Part shown: positions 20,210 to 29,821 of the stretch, one piece after another
Layout of the letters: each line of letters opens with the position of its first letter
Numbering within the stretch: the first letter of the stretch is position 1
Source: Oceanispirochaeta sp.
Lineage (GTDB): Bacteria > Spirochaetota > Spirochaetia > DSM-2461
Reading direction: 5' to 3'
DNA: 64,000 nt
Assembly (NCBI GenBank): GCA_963666275.2
Contig: CAXXOA010000002.1
Coordinates: 608,001-672,000 of the forward strand
The notes under the pieces: generated by a model
Database searches by the model: none
The model's input: only the letters and a program-made list of their open reading frames with translations
Told to the model about the DNA's origin: nothing
Program-made: the position numbers and the translations under genes

Positions 20210-21537
20210 AAAGGTACTTCTTGTTATTAACAATATTTTTACAAGGATTTTTTAACCTTATGGCGAATGATGTTCAAATAACTAGAAAAGAAAAAATGGG
20301 TTGGATTACTCCTCAGGAATTGAATATGAGGGGAGGTATGGAAACATATGAGGGTATACATAGTCTTACTCTTGATGGAGATCACAGGCCTGTATTAAGG
20401 GTTGGAAGAAGATCTTCTTATACCACAGATGAAAACTTGAATCTTTATTTGAGAAATGATGGTTCCAAGTTTATTGATGATACTTTTTTTTATTCAAAGG
20501 GAGAGACATATGTTCTGTCTGGTAATCTAGAAGAGTATAAGTTGCAAATGAGAAAATCCATTGACAATGATTTTAAAGTTATTCTCAATGTTGAACATCC
20601 TGAATATATTAGCACTGGATATGGAGCTTCTCAATGCATCCCTCAAGCTAGTGGCGATGTGATATTTTGGGAAAGAAATACCGAGAGCTGCCTCCGAGCA
20701 CTCTACTCCGTAGAAAAAAACACAGTTAGCCCCCTCTTTCCCATTGATGAAAATGACGCATTTTTTCTCCGTTTTATCGACGAATACGGGTACCATTATT
20801 TTTACAATGAAGTCCTGGATATCAATGGAAATTATGTCGCCCCCTTGCAGTGGGCCGTTCCTGAAGGAGATTCAAAATGGACTCAAGGCGGGAAGATTCA
20901 GGGGGGTAATTCAAATAATTTTTTCTATAGCTTTGTCGAAACAGAAGGGAATGAATATAAAGACGCTGCTGATAGCTGGGAATATGAAACAGGAATAAAA
21001 ATTTACTCCATCTTCCGTTGTAAAGAATACTGGGAAGTTATTTATGAAGGAGTCGCTCCATTAAATCAAGTAATCACCACGCGACGCGGGCCAGTGCTAA
21101 GTATTGCTCCTCCCCTGAAAAATTACACAAGCACACAATTGGAAGAACAGATCTACAACAACACCACCATGGATGAAGAAGGTCGCATCTACTACATGGA
21201 ACTGGATGCGGATGAACTGCGAGTTATGCGGGTCACCGTAGATCTGGATGTAAAGTTTATAAAATGGGCCCGTGACGGTATTACAGAAGCTCAAGTCTCT
21301 ACCCCTCCTGATGAGATTGTCTGGTATCTGGAACAGGCTACCCCGGAAGAACTCAGACTGTTCCGGAATGCCTTTTTTGCTTTGAAAAATTACCAATTTA
21401 AAAGTGATGATTTAACAGATTACTTCAGCCGGTATAGCTGGTACAAACCGAATCATTCCGTAAAAGCGGATGCAGCATTGCTTTCTGATAATCAGAGACG
21501 GCTTCTGGATTTGATTAGGCAGTATGAAGAGAAATAA
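20200..21537 (+). CDS. Exported YARHG-domain protein (putative immunity)
   Basis: Signal peptide; C-terminal ELRLFRNAFFALKNYQFKSDDLTDYFSRYSWYKP. Confidence 0.8.
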   Translation: MEIKRYFLLLTIFLQGFFNLMANDVQITRKEKMGWITPQELNMRGGMETYEGIHSLTLDGDHRPVLRVGRRSSYTTDENLNLYLRNDGSKFIDDTFFYSKGETYVLSGNLEEYKLQMRKSIDNDFKVILNVEHPEYISTGYGASQCIPQASGDVIFWERNTESCLRALYSVEKNTVSPLFPIDENDAFFLRFIDEYGYHYFYNEVLDINGNYVAPLQWAVPEGDSKWTQGGKIQGGNSNNFFYSFVETEGNEYKDAADSWEYETGIKIYSIFRCKEYWEVIYEGVAPLNQVITTRRGPVLSIAPPLKNYTSTQLEEQIYNNTTMDEEGRIYYMELDADELRVMRVTVDLDVKFIKWARDGITEAQVSTPPDEIVWYLEQATPEELRLFRNAFFALKNYQFKSDDLTDYFSRYSWYKPNHSVKADAALLSDNQRRLLDLIRQYEEK

Positions 21538-21545
21538 TGTATGCG

Positions 21546-23117
21546 TCAAATAAACACAGGCCCTTTATCAGCCGTAATGTTATCTTTTAAATTCCATGGT
21601 AATAATTCTTCCCATTCTTGTTCATTATTGATGAACGGAGCTTTAGAGAAAACATAATGCAGATAATCAAAGGGATTCAAGTTATTTTGTTTTGCAGTCT
21701 CAATCAGAGAATACATCCCGCAGGAACTGTCTGCCCCTTTGGGATTCCCGGAAAATAGCCAGTTTTTCCTCCCCAGAACAAAAGGACGAATAGCATTTTC
21801 ACTGGCATTATTATCCGGAGTCAGATAGGGGCTTTCCAGATATCGAATCAAATAATCCCATTGATTCAATGCATAGTGAACCGCTTTTCCCAAAGCACTT
21901 TCCGGTAGAATATTCTCAGAACGTTTATCCAGCCATCGTTTAAATGCATCAAGAATAGGCTCAGCCTTGCTTTTCCGTTGTTCCTGGAACTCTTCAGGAG
22001 ATAATTTCTTACTCCTTAGATCATTTTCCAAGGCATAGAGCTTCTTGATATGCTTGATTCCTTCCAGAGCACTTTTAGATTTTTTACTGGCTTTATCAGC
22101 CTCAAAGAACTTCCTTCTGGCATGTGCAAAGCAGCCTACCAGATGTATATCGGGATTGCCTTCTACCGCGGTTTTGTATCCTTGATATCCATCGGTTTGC
22201 AGATACCCTTTAAAACTAGTGAGAAAATTCTTTGCATATTCCGATGCCCGTGTTGGATGGTACTCATAATAAACAGCTTGTTGTCCCGGAGGACCGCCTC
22301 TGGACAGCCACATATAGGATTTCTGTTTGTTATCCCGACCTGGTTCATTCAGAACCTGTACGGTTGTTTCATCCATTTGGATCACCGAACCGGATTTTAT
22401 GTGGGTTTTCAGCAGTTCAAAGAGAGGGAGAAGAGCTTCATAAGCCTTTTTCTGCCAATTACTCATATTCTGACGGCTGATTCGGGCTCCCATACGCTCA
22501 AACCGCTTTTCCTGTCGGTAAAAAGGAAGATGGTCTACGTACTTGTTTACCATCAGAAATGCCAACAGACCGGGAGTGACAATCCCTTTGGGGATAATGG
22601 TAGGCTCCGGAGGGGCAATCTTTACAGCAGGAACATCTTCATCGGCGGTTCCTTCGCAATTACCACAGGCATATTTTAACCGGACAATCCGTTCTACCCA
22701 GATACGGGGAGGGATCACATGCAGTTTCTCAGAGATTTCTTCTCCGATTTTTTTCAGTTCTGTTCCGCAGGCACAGTTTTTTTCATCTTCAGGAATATCA
22801 ATAATCCGTTCTTTGCGGGGAAGGTTCTCATCCAGAGGCTTTCTGCCTGTTTTCTTACGCTTGTAAGAATCTATTTGCTGTTCTTCCGAACAGTCTTCCT
22901 CAGGAGTCACAGCTTCATCTGTATCAAATAATTCAATCTGATCAGGAATATTTTCTGCTCTTCGACCGAATTGACGATGCAAAGCCAAAGCCAACTTCTC
23001 TTCAAGAAGCTGATATTTCTTTTCCCAGTTCTGATTCTGGGCTTCTGATTCAGCAAGTTGCTTTTTCAGAGATAAAAATTCTCTTTGTGCTTCCAACGGA
23101 AGAGAAGAAATATCCAT
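21546..23117 (-). CDS. tnpC: IS66 transposase
   Basis: QMDET, LQTDGY, CFAHARRKF, DNNASENAIRP, GRKNWLF. Confidence 0.95.
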   Translation of the reverse strand: MDISSLPLEAQREFLSLKKQLAESEAQNQNWEKKYQLLEEKLALALHRQFGRRAENIPDQIELFDTDEAVTPEEDCSEEQQIDSYKRKKTGRKPLDENLPRKERIIDIPEDEKNCACGTELKKIGEEISEKLHVIPPRIWVERIVRLKYACGNCEGTADEDVPAVKIAPPEPTIIPKGIVTPGLLAFLMVNKYVDHLPFYRQEKRFERMGARISRQNMSNWQKKAYEALLPLFELLKTHIKSGSVIQMDETTVQVLNEPGRDNKQKSYMWLSRGGPPGQQAVYYEYHPTRASEYAKNFLTSFKGYLQTDGYQGYKTAVEGNPDIHLVGCFAHARRKFFEADKASKKSKSALEGIKHIKKLYALENDLRSKKLSPEEFQEQRKSKAEPILDAFKRWLDKRSENILPESALGKAVHYALNQWDYLIRYLESPYLTPDNNASENAIRPFVLGRKNWLFSGNPKGADSSCGMYSLIETAKQNNLNPFDYLHYVFSKAPFINNEQEWEELLPWNLKDNITADKGPVFI

Positions 23118-23158
23118 AAGAGAATTTTAGCAAAGACAGGAATTTGAGTAAATTCCTT

Positions 23159-23506
23159 TCAGGCAATTTCTGAATATTTTAATGTTTCGTGGGCTTTCCA
23201 GAAATCTATGCCCTTCAGAAGCATAGAGAGTTCTTCAAAGCTGATGGCTTTAGCAGCTTCTTCCGTATCTGGCCAGGGGAAGCGGTGCTTCTCCAGACGC
23301 TTCTGCCAGAGGCAGAAGCCTGTCTGATCCCAGTAAAGGGCTTTCAGAATCCGTCTCTGTTTATTACAGAACATAAAAAGAGAGCCGCAAAAAGGATCAA
23401 GAGACATTTCATCCTGAACTTCTACCGCCAAACCATTAATAGCTTTCCGCATATCGGTAACACCGGGTCGGATAAATATCGTGATTTGAGAGAAATCCTT
23501 AATCAT
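23159..23506 (-). CDS. tnpB: IS66 accessory protein
   Basis: TDMRKAINGL, LYWD..GFCLWQKRLE. Confidence 0.95.
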   Translation of the reverse strand: MIKDFSQITIFIRPGVTDMRKAINGLAVEVQDEMSLDPFCGSLFMFCNKQRRILKALYWDQTGFCLWQKRLEKHRFPWPDTEEAAKAISFEELSMLLKGIDFWKAHETLKYSEIA

Positions 23507-23801
23507 TGCACTGTTCCAAGGTCTGAAGCAGTTTTTTCAATGTGATTGTATCAAAGTTCCGATCCAGTTTTATCCGGTAGCCATTCCATTGTAACTCAAT
23601 GGATGAGCCTTTGACTGTTTCCTTGGGCAATTTAACAGGAACTTCAACCAAGGATGGAGTTTTACGGTCATACCGCTTTTGCCATCCGTGGAAAGTCGTT
23701 GTTTTCAGTTTTTTATCCCGGCAGAACTGACTTACAGATTTTCCGGACTGTTTCCACTCTGCCAAAAGAGCGTAGCGCTGATCCATTGTGTATTGTTTCA
23801 T
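23499..23801 (-). CDS. tnpA: IS66 accessory HTH protein
   Basis: WKQSGKSVSQFC..TFHGW. Confidence 0.9.
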   Translation of the reverse strand: MKQYTMDQRYALLAEWKQSGKSVSQFCRDKKLKTTTFHGWQKRYDRKTPSLVEVPVKLPKETVKGSSIELQWNGYRIKLDRNFDTITLKKLLQTLEQCND

Positions 23802-23912
23802 AGTAATTCTCCTGATGGAGATTGTACCGGGATGACTGGGAGATTTTTAGATGCGGTTTATTTGACGCTTACGAAATAATGTGTATCTGATGGTATTTAT
23901 ATCAGCTAAATT

Positions 23913-24153
23913 CTGACGCCAATACCGACGCCTTTATTATACAAACCTAGAAGCATTATATGGAAAACTTACTACATAACAGCTTCTTATGCGGTACGAT
24001 ACAGCCCTATACGTACTGCATAAGGACACTGTACAAGTTCAAGTCCTAGTGGGCCCACTAAGCACTCCATTTTTGGAGTGCTTTTTTTGTGTCTAAACGC
24101 TTGTATTGCATGGGTTTATGGTGTTTGGGATAAACCGGGTGTCTGGTTTGGAA
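23913..24153 (+). repeat. Junction J1 (arm repeats, dif-like site, tRNA 3' core at 24037, terminator); right arm cut by IS66
   Basis: Left part near-identical to 32706-32850 and 45151-45295; right part matches sequence after the tRNA. Confidence 0.9.
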
Positions 24154-24160
24154 GTAAGCG

Positions 24161-25732
24161 TCAAATAAACACAGGCCCTTTATCAGCCGTAATGTTATCT
24201 TTTAAATTCCATGGTAATAATTCTTCCCATTCTTGTTCATTATTGATGAACGGAGCTTTAGAGAAAACATAATGCAGATAATCAAAGGGATTCAAATTAT
24301 TTTGTTTTGCAGTCTCAATCAGAGAATACATCCCGCAGGAACTGTCTGCCCCTTTGGGATTCCCGGAAAATAGCCAGTTTTTCCTCCCCAGAACAAAAGG
24401 ACGAATAGCATTTTCACTGGCATTATTATCCGGAGTCAGATAAGGGCTTTCCAGATATCGGATCAAATAATCCCATTGATTCAATGCATAGTGAACAGCC
24501 TTTCCTAAAGCACTTTCCGGTAAAACATTTTCAGCCCTTTTATCCAACCACTGTTTAAATGCATCAAGAATGGGTTCAGCCTTGCTTTTCCGTTGTTCCA
24601 GGAAATCTTCAGGAGACAATTTCCTACTCCTTAGATCATTTTCCAAGGCATAGAGCTTCTTGATATGTTTGATTCCTTCCAGAGCACTTTTAGATTTCTT
24701 ACTGGCTTTATCAGCCTCAATGAACTTCCTTCTGGCATGAGCAAAGCAGCCTACCAGATGTATATCGGGATTGCCTTCTACCGCGGTTTTGTATCCTTGA
24801 TATCCATCGGTTTGCAGATACCCTTTAAAACCAGTGAGAAAATTCTTCGCATATTCCGATGCCCGTGTCGGATGGTACTCATAATAAACAGCTTGTTGTC
24901 CCGGAGGACCGCCTCTGGCCAGCCACATATAGGATTTTTGTTTGTTATCCCGACCTGGTTCATTCAGAACCTGGACGGTTGTTTCATCCATTTGGAGCAC
25001 TGGACCGGATTTTATGTGTGTTTTCAGCAGTTCAAAGAGAGGGAGAAGGGCTTCGTAAGCCTTTTTCTGCCAATTACTCATATTCTGACGGCTAATCCGG
25101 GCTCCCATACGCTCAAACCGTTTTTCCTGTCGGTAAAAAGGAAGATGATCCACATACTTGTTTACCATCAGAAATGCCAACAGACCGGGAGTAACTATCC
25201 CTTTGGGGATAATGGTAGGCTCCGGGGGGGCAATCTTTACAGCAGGAACATCTTCATCGGCGGTTCCTTCGCAATTACCACAGGCATATTTTAACCGGAC
25301 AATCCGTTCTACCCAGATACGGGGAGGGATCACATGCAGTTTCTCAGAGATTTCTTCTCCGATTTTTTTCAGTTCTGTTCCGCAGGCACAGTTTTTTTCA
25401 TCTTCAGGAATATCAATAATCCGTTCTTTGCGGGGAAGGTTCTCATCCAGAGGCTTTCTGCCTGTTTTCTTACGCTTGTAAGAATCTATTTGCTGTTCTT
25501 CCGAACAGTCTTCCTCAGGAGTCTGTGGTTCATCAGAATCAAATAATTCAATCTGATCAGGGATATTTTCTGCTCTTCGACCGAATTGACGATGCAATGC
25601 CAAGGCCAACTTCTCTTCAAGAAGCTGATATTTCTTTTCCCAGTTCTGATTCTGGGCTTCTGATTCAGCAAGTTGCTTTTTCAGAGATAAAAATTCTTTT
25701 TGTGCTTCCAACGGAAGAGAGGAAATATCCAT
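24161..25732 (-). CDS. tnpC: IS66 transposase
   Basis: Near-identical to 21546-23117. Confidence 0.95.
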   Translation of the reverse strand: MDISSLPLEAQKEFLSLKKQLAESEAQNQNWEKKYQLLEEKLALALHRQFGRRAENIPDQIELFDSDEPQTPEEDCSEEQQIDSYKRKKTGRKPLDENLPRKERIIDIPEDEKNCACGTELKKIGEEISEKLHVIPPRIWVERIVRLKYACGNCEGTADEDVPAVKIAPPEPTIIPKGIVTPGLLAFLMVNKYVDHLPFYRQEKRFERMGARISRQNMSNWQKKAYEALLPLFELLKTHIKSGPVLQMDETTVQVLNEPGRDNKQKSYMWLARGGPPGQQAVYYEYHPTRASEYAKNFLTGFKGYLQTDGYQGYKTAVEGNPDIHLVGCFAHARRKFIEADKASKKSKSALEGIKHIKKLYALENDLRSRKLSPEDFLEQRKSKAEPILDAFKQWLDKRAENVLPESALGKAVHYALNQWDYLIRYLESPYLTPDNNASENAIRPFVLGRKNWLFSGNPKGADSSCGMYSLIETAKQNNLNPFDYLHYVFSKAPFINNEQEWEELLPWNLKDNITADKGPVFI

Positions 25733-25773
25733 AAGAGAATTTTAACAAAGACAGGAATTTGAGTAAATTCCTT

Positions 25774-26121
25774 TCAGGCAATTTCTGAATATTTTAATGT
25801 TTCGTGGGCTTTCCAGAAATCTATGCCCTTCAGAAGCATAGAGAGTTCTTCAAAGCTGATGGCTTTAGCAGCTTCTTCCGTATCTGGCCAGGGGAAGCGG
25901 TGCTTCTCCAGACGCTTCTGCCAGAGGCAGAAGCCTGTCTGATCCCAGTAAAGGGCTTTCAGAATCCGTCTCTGTTTATTACAGAACATAAAAAGAGAGC
26001 CGCAAAAAGGATCAAGAGACATTTCATCCTGAACTTCTACCGCCAAACCATTAATAGCTTTCCGCATATCGGTAACACCGGGTCGGATAAATATCTTGAT
26101 TTGAGAGAAATCCTTAATCAT
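25774..26121 (-). CDS. tnpB: IS66 accessory protein
   Basis: Near-identical to 23159-23506. Confidence 0.95.
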   Translation of the reverse strand: MIKDFSQIKIFIRPGVTDMRKAINGLAVEVQDEMSLDPFCGSLFMFCNKQRRILKALYWDQTGFCLWQKRLEKHRFPWPDTEEAAKAISFEELSMLLKGIDFWKAHETLKYSEIA

Positions 26122-26416
26122 TGCACTGTTCCAAGGTCTGAAGCAGTTTTTTCAATGTGATTGTATCAAAGTTCCGATCCAGTTTTATCCGGTAGCCATT
26201 CCATTGTAACTCAATGGATGAGCCTTTGACTGTTTCCTTGGGCAATTTAACAGGAACTTCAACCAAGGATGGAGTTTTACGGTCATACCGCTTTTGCCAT
26301 CCGTGGAAAGTCGTTGTTTTCAGTTTTTTATCCCGGCAGAACTGACTTACAGATTTTCCGGACTGTTTCCACTCTGCCAAAAGAGCGTAGCGCTGATCCA
26401 TTGTGTATTGTTTCAT
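26114..26416 (-). CDS. tnpA: IS66 accessory HTH protein
   Basis: Identical protein to 23499-23801. Confidence 0.9.
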   Translation of the reverse strand: MKQYTMDQRYALLAEWKQSGKSVSQFCRDKKLKTTTFHGWQKRYDRKTPSLVEVPVKLPKETVKGSSIELQWNGYRIKLDRNFDTITLKKLLQTLEQCND

Positions 26417-26756
26417 AGTAATTCTCCTGATGGAGATTGTACCGGGATGACTGGGAGATTTTTAGATGCGGTTTATTTGACGCTTACTAATAAACTAGAA
26501 AATAGGGAGAAGAATTGGAAAAAGAGTAATTCGTTATCAAGAGCACCTCTTTGCGGGGGTGCTTTTCTTTTGTGGAAAAGTTTCGTCATTCAATTACCAA
26601 TAACATGCCTTATGTCTATAATTGAATACTAATGATATATTCCAAATAGCGATTATCGCACAATATGCATAGTTCTGTGCAAGATTTTTGCCTTACTTTT
26701 TTGCTGCTCCCGCCATCCAATGGTGGGCAATTATAGAAACATATGAGGATTTCAAA

Positions 26757-26957
26757 ATGATTTATGAAAGCTACTATTGGAAAGAAGAGCTTTACCGAAA
26801 TGCAAAATGGTTAGTAGAATCCTTATCAAAAAAGAAATGGTTAGATCGAAGTTTCGCAAAGTTAGAGAAATGCTTGATGCTTTCAGCATATTCTTTGCGT
26901 AAACTATCTGAATCAAAAAAAATACCAGATGAGTTTATGAATAAACAGAAGTTCTGA
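26757..26957 (+). pseudogene. Hypothetical gene probably truncated by the adjacent IS3 remnant
   Basis: GAGG RBS then MIYESYYWKEELY..., stops at the edge of IS3-derived sequence. Confidence 0.45.
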
Positions 26958-27325
26958 ATCAGGTGATTCACAACCTGTTTCTTTACTCCGGGTCGCAGAA
27001 CTTTTTTATGATTTCCTTCTGAGCCATGTTGTCCAATGAAAGTTCAGCAACAAGCTTCTTTAGGTTTTCATTTTCAGATTCTAGTTGCCTTAACCTGACA
27101 ACTTCTTTGGTAGTCATTCCACCATATTTCTTTTTCCAATTGAAAAAAGTGTTCTCACTAATGCCATAGTCTCGGGCTATCTCTTTTACCTTCTTGCCGG
27201 CAACCTGTTCATTCAGGATTTTTACAATTTGCTCTTCTGTAAATCTCTTTTTCATCTCAGCCTCCATTGTATAATTGGGCTGAAAACTAATCTAGCTCGT
27301 GGTACAGTTTAAAGGGATGGGGTCA
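26958..27325 (-). mobile_element. IS3-family remnant (left IR plus orfA 26983-27267; orfB lost)
   Basis: MKKRFTEEQIVKIL..GISENTFFNWKKKYGGM..LESEN..LKKLVAEL; TGACCCCATCCC left end at 27325; other boundary approximate. Confidence 0.8.
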
Positions 27326-27435
27326 GGCCGATGAAATAAAACTTCGGCACACCCTATATGGAGAACATAAGGGAATGTTGAAAGGGCACCTCATTAGATG
27401 AAAATTTTTTTTGAATGAAAATATAACTTTTCCCA

Positions 27436-27798
27436 TTATTTTGATTGAGTTTTCTGTTGAAAGATAATTTTCCACTTCCCTCCGATATTCTGCCAGACAG
27501 AACTGTAATTGACTTTATTTCGCTTATTCTTAATCACTTGCACTGCTTCATACATAAGTAAAATGACACTGTCTGAAAGTATGATTGAATCCCTTTTTTC
27601 TCCTATAAAGGAGACCCCATCAAGTAAGTCTAATTTTGAAATCTTAGAATGAATTTTTATTCCAGCTTCATTGATTTCAATACATTCATCATTAAGTAGT
27701 TCTGAAACAAATTTTTTATCACCCCTATTCTTATTATTAAGCAGCTTTTCTTCAAATTGAATCAGCTTCTTTTCTAAACCATCTAGAGAATCGTTCAT
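27436..27798 (-). CDS. NTF2-like/DUF4440-like protein
   Basis: E..LL..R.D..ELL.D..EI..G and SSVW...GKWKIIFQQ. Confidence 0.65.
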   Translation of the reverse strand: MNDSLDGLEKKLIQFEEKLLNNKNRGDKKFVSELLNDECIEINEAGIKIHSKISKLDLLDGVSFIGEKRDSIILSDSVILLMYEAVQVIKNKRNKVNYSSVWQNIGGKWKIIFQQKTQSK

Positions 27799-28233
27799 GG
27801 TAATACCTCCAATGAACCTTCTTCATTATATTTCAATTGAAGAAATCAAATAATAGACAAACCCATAGAAAAACTGATTGAGATAAATTATTACTGTAAA
27901 AAACTCTATTTTCCCATTGTTTTTTACAAAAAGTTAACAGTATGAAAACCATTCCATTTCTGATGATTTCATCAGTCATCAAAATATCGCTTTCACAAGC
28001 TATAATACCTTATGCCTAATTGGTTTTGCTCATTGAAGTTTGCTACATAAAACATGAGAAGTATTCAGGATGGCCGCCACCCTGAACATGGTCTGTCTCT
28101 GCTTTGAGTGTAGCGGCGGATAGAGTTTGCCTGCGTTATCCAGGCGGAAGTCGTAGGATTGATCCTTCGTTTGGAGTTCAATAAAAGTATAGCAGAGACC
28201 GTATCCGGTTCTTTGGCCGGAACTTGCTTTGTC

Positions 28234-29097
28234 CTAAAGATCTGAGAGGGTTGTCTTATTCCGCCCGTTTGTCTTTGATTGATAAAGGGCATTGTCTGCC
28301 TTCCTGATAATTTCCGAAATCTCATTGTTCTGTTCTGTAATAATCGAGATTCCGATACTGATCGTTATTTTCATCTCATCCCGGTACTTTTCTTCAACTC
28401 TTTCTCTGATGCGCTCTGCCAATTCATAGGATTCAGGTTCTGTCGTATGGGGAAGCACGATCATAAACTCTTCACCGCCGAATCTTGTACAGATATCCAG
28501 CTCTCTCAGATCAAGACTCAGTAACTTGCTGATTTCCACCAGTACTTCATCTCCCGTTTGATGTCCGTATTTATCATTGATGGATTTAAAATGATCTATG
28601 TCGATCATCAGAAGAGAGAATGGAATTTTATAACGTTTGAAACGGCTTGTTTCTATGGATAAAACCTGCGTCAGATGCTGTCTGTTGTACAATTTGGTCA
28701 ATGTATCCACGGAGGAAAGCTCTACAATTTTTCCTAAAAAAGCACTTCCGATTATTTTGGGTTCAATAATTTCATCTTTAATATTTGTCAGATAATCCAG
28801 GGTCGCTACTGTAATTTCGACATTTCTATTGAGCTGTCTGGATAAGCTGTTTTTATGATCTATTATGGCCTTCCAGATCATAGTGGCTTCATCTTTATCG
28901 AAGACTTCATTGGTAAGATGAAAAAGAACTTTTACATACAAATCGCTTTCTGATTCCTTCAAAAGGGTTTCAAAGAGTTCTTTTTCTTCGGTTGACTGTA
29001 AGCGGTCCCCGGCAATTCCCGAAATAAACCTGGGTGTAAAAATTTTATTATTTATTATATCAAAAAGTTTCGTATGGTCATTTTTCTCTCTTTTCAT
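28234..29097 (-). CDS. Diguanylate cyclase (GGEEF)
   Basis: DTLTKLYNR, DIDHFKSINDKYGHQTGD, RFGGEEF, ADNALY. Confidence 0.93.
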   Translation of the reverse strand: MKREKNDHTKLFDIINNKIFTPRFISGIAGDRLQSTEEKELFETLLKESESDLYVKVLFHLTNEVFDKDEATMIWKAIIDHKNSLSRQLNRNVEITVATLDYLTNIKDEIIEPKIIGSAFLGKIVELSSVDTLTKLYNRQHLTQVLSIETSRFKRYKIPFSLLMIDIDHFKSINDKYGHQTGDEVLVEISKLLSLDLRELDICTRFGGEEFMIVLPHTTEPESYELAERIRERVEEKYRDEMKITISIGISIITEQNNEISEIIRKADNALYQSKTNGRNKTTLSDL

Positions 29098-29806
29098 CCC
29101 ATTTCCCTCTGGTTGAGAATATATACCCTCTTTTTCGTATATTTTTGAAATACACAGGCTTGGAAGGGTCTTCTTCAAAGTATTTTCTTAACCGCATCAC
29201 AAAGTTATCGACTGTACGGGTTTCCGTTTCTGTACTTGTTTTCCAAACCTTTTTAAGAAGTTCCTGTTTGGATAGTATCTGGTCTTCGTTTAAGACAAAG
29301 CATTTTAACAAGGCGCTTTCAAGAGGTGTCAATTTGAATGAACCTTTTAAGGATTGGCAGGTCGAATTTTCAAAATCGATCCGGTTTTTACCAAAGGAAT
29401 ATTCGTCCATATCGGAAATATTCTTTCTATACCAGCTCCTTCTTTTTAACATACCGCTGATCCTCAGGAGCAGTTCTTTGATATGAAATGGTTTCGGCAG
29501 ATAATCATCTGCTCCCAGGGAAAGACCTATAATTTTATCCCGGATTTCAGATCTTGCCGAAACAATAAGAATAGGTAACGTGGGTGAGTCTGATCGTATT
29601 TTCTCCAGTATTTTGAATCCATTGTAATAGGGGAGCATTATATCGAGTATGATGAGATCTATATCATCATTATTCGACAGTTTCATTGCCTGTCTTCCCT
29701 CTTCTGCCCAGAGAACCCTGTACCCTTCTGTTTCCAGATTGAATATAATGCTGGACGCCAGATTCTTATCATCTTCTATGAGAAGAATTAATTCTCCGTC
29801 GGACAA
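29078..29806 (-). CDS. OmpR-family response regulator
   Basis: IEDD, LDIMLP, GADDYLPKPF, TRTVDNFVMRLR. Confidence 0.93.
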   Translation of the reverse strand: MSDGELILLIEDDKNLASSIIFNLETEGYRVLWAEEGRQAMKLSNNDDIDLIILDIMLPYYNGFKILEKIRSDSPTLPILIVSARSEIRDKIIGLSLGADDYLPKPFHIKELLLRISGMLKRRSWYRKNISDMDEYSFGKNRIDFENSTCQSLKGSFKLTPLESALLKCFVLNEDQILSKQELLKKVWKTSTETETRTVDNFVMRLRKYFEEDPSKPVYFKNIRKRGYIFSTRGKWDEKREK

Positions 29807-29821
29807 AGTGCTCCCCTGTTA

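Larger units (their letters stand above)
21539..23872 (-). mobile_element. IS66-family element, copy 1, with 8-bp target duplication
   Basis: Ends gtatgcgtcaaataaac / gtttatttgacgcttac; GAAATAAT at 21531-21538 and 23873-23880. Confidence 0.95.
15419..24057. mobile_element. tRNA-integrated unit 1 (spike-effector-YARHG cargo)
   Basis: Bounded by direct repeats gttcaagtcctagtgggccca at 15419 and 24037. Confidence 0.8.
24154..26487 (-). mobile_element. IS66-family element, copy 2 (no target duplication)
   Basis: gtaagcgtcaaataaac terminal IRs; flanks gtttggaa / taataaac differ. Confidence 0.95.

Noticed and set aside
28065..28230. Possible riboswitch downstream of the GGDEF gene (ggcaaac and gccgctac/gtggcggc stem on the minus strand)
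   Set aside because: The rest of the c-di-GMP-I consensus is not evident and no gene follows closely; an Rfam scan would be needed
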